Assembly (NCBI GenBank): GCA_018657845.1
Contig: JABHWJ010000020.1
Location: 190 to 64,189, forward strand
Source of the DNA: Candidatus Woesearchaeota archaeon
Lineage (GTDB): Archaea; Nanobdellota; Nanobdellia; Woesearchaeales; GW2011-AR9
Reading direction: 5' to 3'
Length of the DNA stretch: 64,000 bases
In this document: one piece after another, positions 61,085 to 64,000 of the stretch
Layout: every line of letters starts with the position of its first letter
Numbering within the stretch: the first letter of the stretch is position 1
Position numbers and translations under genes: made by a program
Notes under the pieces: generated by a model
Seen by the model: only the letters and a program-made list of their open reading frames with translations
Databases searched by the model: none
What the model was told of the DNA's origin: nothing

Positions 61085-61573
61085 TTAAATATATTCTCTT
61101 GTAGGATTATCTCCAATAAAAGAAGTTACTAACTTTTTACTTGGTTCCTCTACCTTACTAAGATCCACCACATATAAACTTCCTTCTCTTTTTCCTACTT
61201 CCATCAGATAATCTGTAACTAAACCTTCTCCAGCAGTAAGACAAGGAAATAATTTTCCTGGAAGAGTAAAATCTCCGTCCACTTCCCATTCACTATCACC
61301 CAAGGCAACATAAGCTGTACTTCCTTCTCTTGATAATGAGAATGGTTGACTTTCCATACTTCCACCCAAGAAATCAAATTTAACTTCAATATCCATTATA
61401 TCTTCAATCCCTTCACCGGTTAAATCTTTATATTTAGCTACCTCTCTAACTGGTTGAGAACTATTAACTCCATATTCCACAGTTCCACTTTTACCATAAC
61501 TATTAAGAGCTAAATTATATCGATAAACCATATTCTCAACTAAATTCATCAAATCCATTTTCAATTCCTCCAA
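61085..61573 (-). CDS. Hypothetical protein (162 aa)
   Basis: ORF in an otherwise empty interval. No motif recognised. Confidence 0.5.
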   Translation of the reverse strand: MEELKMDLMNLVENMVYRYNLALNSYGKSGTVEYGVNSSQPVREVAKYKDLTGEGIEDIMDIEVKFDFLGGSMESQPFSLSREGSTAYVALGDSEWEVDGDFTLPGKLFPCLTAGEGLVTDYLMEVGKREGSLYVVDLSKVEEPSKKLVTSFIGDNPTREYI

Positions 61574-61600
61574 TCAATAGAATAAATAAAATAAAAAAAA

Positions 61601-62188
61601 TTAAACACAATTATGTGCTTTGTATCCTTTTTTCTTCGCTTCTGCGTCGTTTGTAAACCATACTTGACGATTCTCAACAATCTTCTTCGCCCAACTACAA
61701 GTAGCTACGTGATACACAGAACCCATTTTACTAGCAACATATTTACCTGGTTCATAAACAGCCTTAGTTTCTTCTTCAACAATTTCTACCGGAGGTGCAG
61801 GAGCTTCTAGAACCATACTATGGGGTTCTTCTGTAGTCTGGCATTCAGAATGGCAAACATTACTCCGACTAGGTAGGCTCATTAAAAATCCTACCAAAGT
61901 CAGGAATAACACTACTAAATACACTTCGCCTCTAAAAAACCATATTGCTGCCACGTTTAACAAGTTCAACCAAAACATGACAAACAATACTCTTTCTCCC
62001 CAAATTCTTCTAAAACCGGCTAACCCGATTAGAGTTAAAAACATTAACACTAAGATCAACACTAACTCTGCTTTGAGTAATTTTCCTCCAAAAGAAACAA
62101 CTATTTGGGCCATAACCAAAAACAAAGCTAAAAACAAAACCAAATAAACAAAATATTTTCCTAATCTTTTTTCGTTTACCATACTCAC
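61601..62188 (-). CDS. Four-TM membrane protein with C-terminal Ada-like metal-binding domain
   Basis: The C-terminus YHVATCSWAKKIVENRQVWFTNDAEAKKKGYKAHNCV matches the Ada_Zn_binding-type pattern yH...C...k.i...N...F.....A...GY..C..C. Confidence 0.55.
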   Translation of the reverse strand: MSMVNEKRLGKYFVYLVLFLALFLVMAQIVVSFGGKLLKAELVLILVLMFLTLIGLAGFRRIWGERVLFVMFWLNLLNVAAIWFFRGEVYLVVLFLTLVGFLMSLPSRSNVCHSECQTTEEPHSMVLEAPAPPVEIVEEETKAVYEPGKYVASKMGSVYHVATCSWAKKIVENRQVWFTNDAEAKKKGYKAHNCV

Positions 62189-62269
62189 TCGAGGAAAAAC
62201 CAGTTATATAAGTATTTCCATTTTAGAGTAGATACAAAGAAACCTATATAATTAAAACATAAAATATGC

Positions 62270-62587
62270 TTAAAACTCTTCTTCGATGTTCTTCAAATAA
62301 CCTTTTCTCTTCAAGAATGCAACTTCTGCCTTACTTCGATATTTATAAACAACATCTCCTTTAGCATCTCCACCCAATTCCCAGGGCTCTATTAATACTA
62401 CATCATTTTCTCTAACCCACAGCCTTCTTCTTAATCGGCCAGGAATCCTACAAAGTCTCTCTTTTCCATCCAAACAAAGGACTCTCATCCGACTTCCTCC
62501 CAATCTTTGTTGCACTACCCCTAATACTTCTCTACCTTGAGGTAATCTTACTCTTAACAAAGCTGGTTGTTCTGGTGGTTTACCCAT
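62270..62587 (-). CDS. eif1a: Translation initiation factor aIF-1A
   Basis: VLGVVQQRLGGSRMRVLCLDGKERLCRIPGRLRRRLWVRENDVVLIEPWE...VVYKYRSKAEVAFLKRKGYL is the S1-like eIF1A signature. A minus-strand ttttataaag TATA lies about 30 nt upstream. Confidence 0.92.
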   Translation of the reverse strand: MGKPPEQPALLRVRLPQGREVLGVVQQRLGGSRMRVLCLDGKERLCRIPGRLRRRLWVRENDVVLIEPWELGGDAKGDVVYKYRSKAEVAFLKRKGYLKNIEEEF

Positions 62588-62690
62588 TTAAAAACAAATA
62601 ATTAGCAGTACTTTATAAAACTTTACGGAAATAACTCTTTTTTATTACACTTAATAAATTTAATCCAAATTATAGAAAACTCTCCAAATC

Positions 62691-62710
62691 AACTAGACAA
62701 CTAGACAACC
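62691..62710 (+). repeat. Tandem 8-mer aactagac x2.5 directly upstream of the Hef promoter
   Basis: The sequence aactagac aactagac aacc is followed by ctatttaaatta (TATA-like, 62720-62731) and the ATG at 62750. Confidence 0.6.
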
Positions 62711-62749
62711 ACCACAAAACTATTTAAATTACCTTAACTAAAAAAATCC

Positions 62750-64000
62750 ATGATCAAAAACTTCACTCCCAGACTTTATCAACAAACTATTCTGGGTACT
62801 GTCAATAATTTCAACGCCTTAGTTGTTCTTCCTACTGGCCTTGGAAAAACCGCCGTTGCCTTCCTTCTTGCCGCCCAACGCCTTCACCAACATCCTAATT
62901 CTAAAATTCTTTTCCTTGCCCCAACCAAACCATTATGTGAACAACACCTTCAAACCTTAAAAGATCATCTTGACCTCCCCGAAGAAAAATTCACCATTTT
63001 CACTGGGAACGTTCCCCCTAAAAAACGTCAAGAACTTTGGAAAGATTCTCAAATTATTATCTCTACTCCTCAAGGATTAGAAAATGATATCATCAACAAC
63101 CGCATCAACTTAAAAGAAGTCTCCCTTGTCATCTTTGATGAAGCCCACCACGCCACTGGAGATTATGCTTATGTCTGGATTGCTAAACAGTATGACAAAA
63201 CTTCCCCACAATCAAGAATCCTTGCCCTCACTGCTTCTCCTGGATCTGATTTAGAAAAAATAAAAGAAGTTTGTCAAAACCTTAAAATAGAGAGGGTTGA
63301 AGTAAGAACAGAAGATGACCCGGACGTCAAGCCTTATATTCAAGAAGTGAAAACCAACTGGCTCAAGGTAGATTTTCCACCCCAATTACAAGCCATCCAA
63401 AAAAAATTAAAAGAATCTGTAAAAAGTAAACTTATTGAAGCCCAAAATCATGGTTATTGTAACTCTTCTAATCTAACTAAAGGACAACTCCTTTTTCTCC
63501 AAATCCAATTACAAAAAAAGATATCTTCCGGTTACCGCAATTTCGAAATCCTAAAATCTATTTCCTTAATTGCAGAAGCCCTCAAAATAGAACATGCCCT
63601 CGAACTCCTTGAATCACAAGGCCTCGTTCCTTTAAACCATTATTTTAAAAAATTAAGGAGTGAATCTCTCAATTCTAAAGTAAAGGCAGTAAAAAATCTC
63701 ATGATTGATGAGAATTTCAAATCTGCGATTTATCTCACTGAACAACTTATTGATCAAGGATTTTCTCACCCCAAAATAATTAGACTTAAAGAAATTGTCC
63801 AAGAAACCCACACAAAAAACCCTCAAGCTAAACTGATTATCTTCACTCAATTCCGTGATTCTGCTGAAGAAATTACTAAACACCTAGATCAATTAAAAAT
63901 AAGTAACCACCTTTTCTTTGGACAAGCAAAAAGAAAGGGAGTTGGTTTTTCTCAAAAAGAACAAAAACAAATTCTCGATCGTTTTCGTGTTGGGGAATTT
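62750..64000 (+). CDS. hef: Hef/FANCM-like superfamily 2 helicase, N-terminal ~417 codons (continues past window end)
   Basis: Absent from the ORF track because it is open-ended. Manual translation gives MIKNFTPRLYQQTILGTVNNFNALVVLPTGLGKTAVAFLLAA (motif I), VIFDEAHHATG (DEAH, motif II), LALTASPG (motif III) and IIFTQFRDSAEEI (motif IV region). Confidence 0.88.
   Translation, partial: MIKNFTPRLYQQTILGTVNNFNALVVLPTGLGKTAVAFLLAAQRLHQHPNSKILFLAPTKPLCEQHLQTLKDHLDLPEEKFTIFTGNVPPKKRQELWKDSQIIISTPQGLENDIINNRINLKEVSLVIFDEAHHATGDYAYVWIAKQYDKTSPQSRILALTASPGSDLEKIKEVCQNLKIERVEVRTEDDPDVKPYIQEVKTNWLKVDFPPQLQAIQKKLKESVKSKLIEAQNHGYCNSSNLTKGQLLFLQIQLQKKISSGYRNFEILKSISLIAEALKIEHALELLESQGLVPLNHYFKKLRSESLNSKVKAVKNLMIDENFKSAIYLTEQLIDQGFSHPKIIRLKEIVQETHTKNPQAKLIIFTQFRDSAEEITKHLDQLKISNHLFFGQAKRKGVGFSQKEQKQILDRFRVGEF

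Noticed and set aside
63653-63883. A 76-aa minus-strand ORF inside the Hef helicase region.
   Set aside because: It lies wholly within the open-ended helicase reading frame, which carries motifs I-IV. No promoter or motif supports it.
1-64000. Scan for tRNA, rRNA, CRISPR arrays, long terminal or inverted repeats, and alternative genetic code signals.
   Set aside because: None was seen. There are no T-loop or acceptor-like GC islands of tRNA size and no regularly spaced repeats. All three stop codons terminate well-supported genes (for example TGA ends L3, TAA ends L4). This was a by-eye scan, so short or degenerate elements could have been missed.

Overview
This is an AT-rich (about one-third G+C by eye, not computed), gene-dense archaeal chromosomal segment. 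No rRNA, tRNA, CRISPR array or obvious mobile element was seen. The archaeal assignment rests on these products: thermosome, fibrillarin/Nop5, Cbf5, aIF1A, aSUI1, Rpp29, Pelota, RFC, Hef, and archaeal/eukaryal-only r-proteins (S19e, L39e, L31e, L35Ae, S3Ae, S4e, L32e, L19e, L34e, L14e). The small proteins, compact spacing and several bacterial-type genes (LspA, GpsA, long-form AspRS, GH3) suggest a reduced-genome DPANN-type archaeon; this is inference only. The backbone is the L3-to-SecY ribosomal superoperon (24.4-38.6 kb), followed by a DUF106/YidC-like gene, L34e and L14e. First genes of transcription units sit about 25-30 nt downstream of TTTATAAA-type TATA boxes, so they look leaderless. 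Internal operon genes overlap (ATGA) or carry GGTG-like SD motifs. Three gene sets are not explained by known families and are the best candidates for something undescribed. (1) 5.7-9.9 kb holds a triplicated, translationally coupled pair: a signal-peptide/lipobox four-TM protein plus an N-anchored K/E-rich coiled-coil protein. (2) 14.0-17.4 kb holds an operon of a GCS2-type ligase, a GshB-like ATP-grasp, a C39-like fold lacking the catalytic Cys, and an Ntn class-II amidotransferase. (3) 48.5-54.6 kb holds a surface cluster: a type-IV-pilin-like signal protein with three internal repeats, a 5-TM protein, and three paralogous lipobox proteins, with a bacterial-type LspA 6 kb away. Smaller observations include a GC-rich three-tier hairpin RNA candidate between divergent promoters, a ~220-nt leader with a hairpin abutting the L3 AUG, K/E-rich tails on many r-proteins including a 54-nt module shared by L22 and S3, and an alpha/beta hydrolase frameshifted in an A7 tract. 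All family calls come from reading motifs by eye; no database search was possible.
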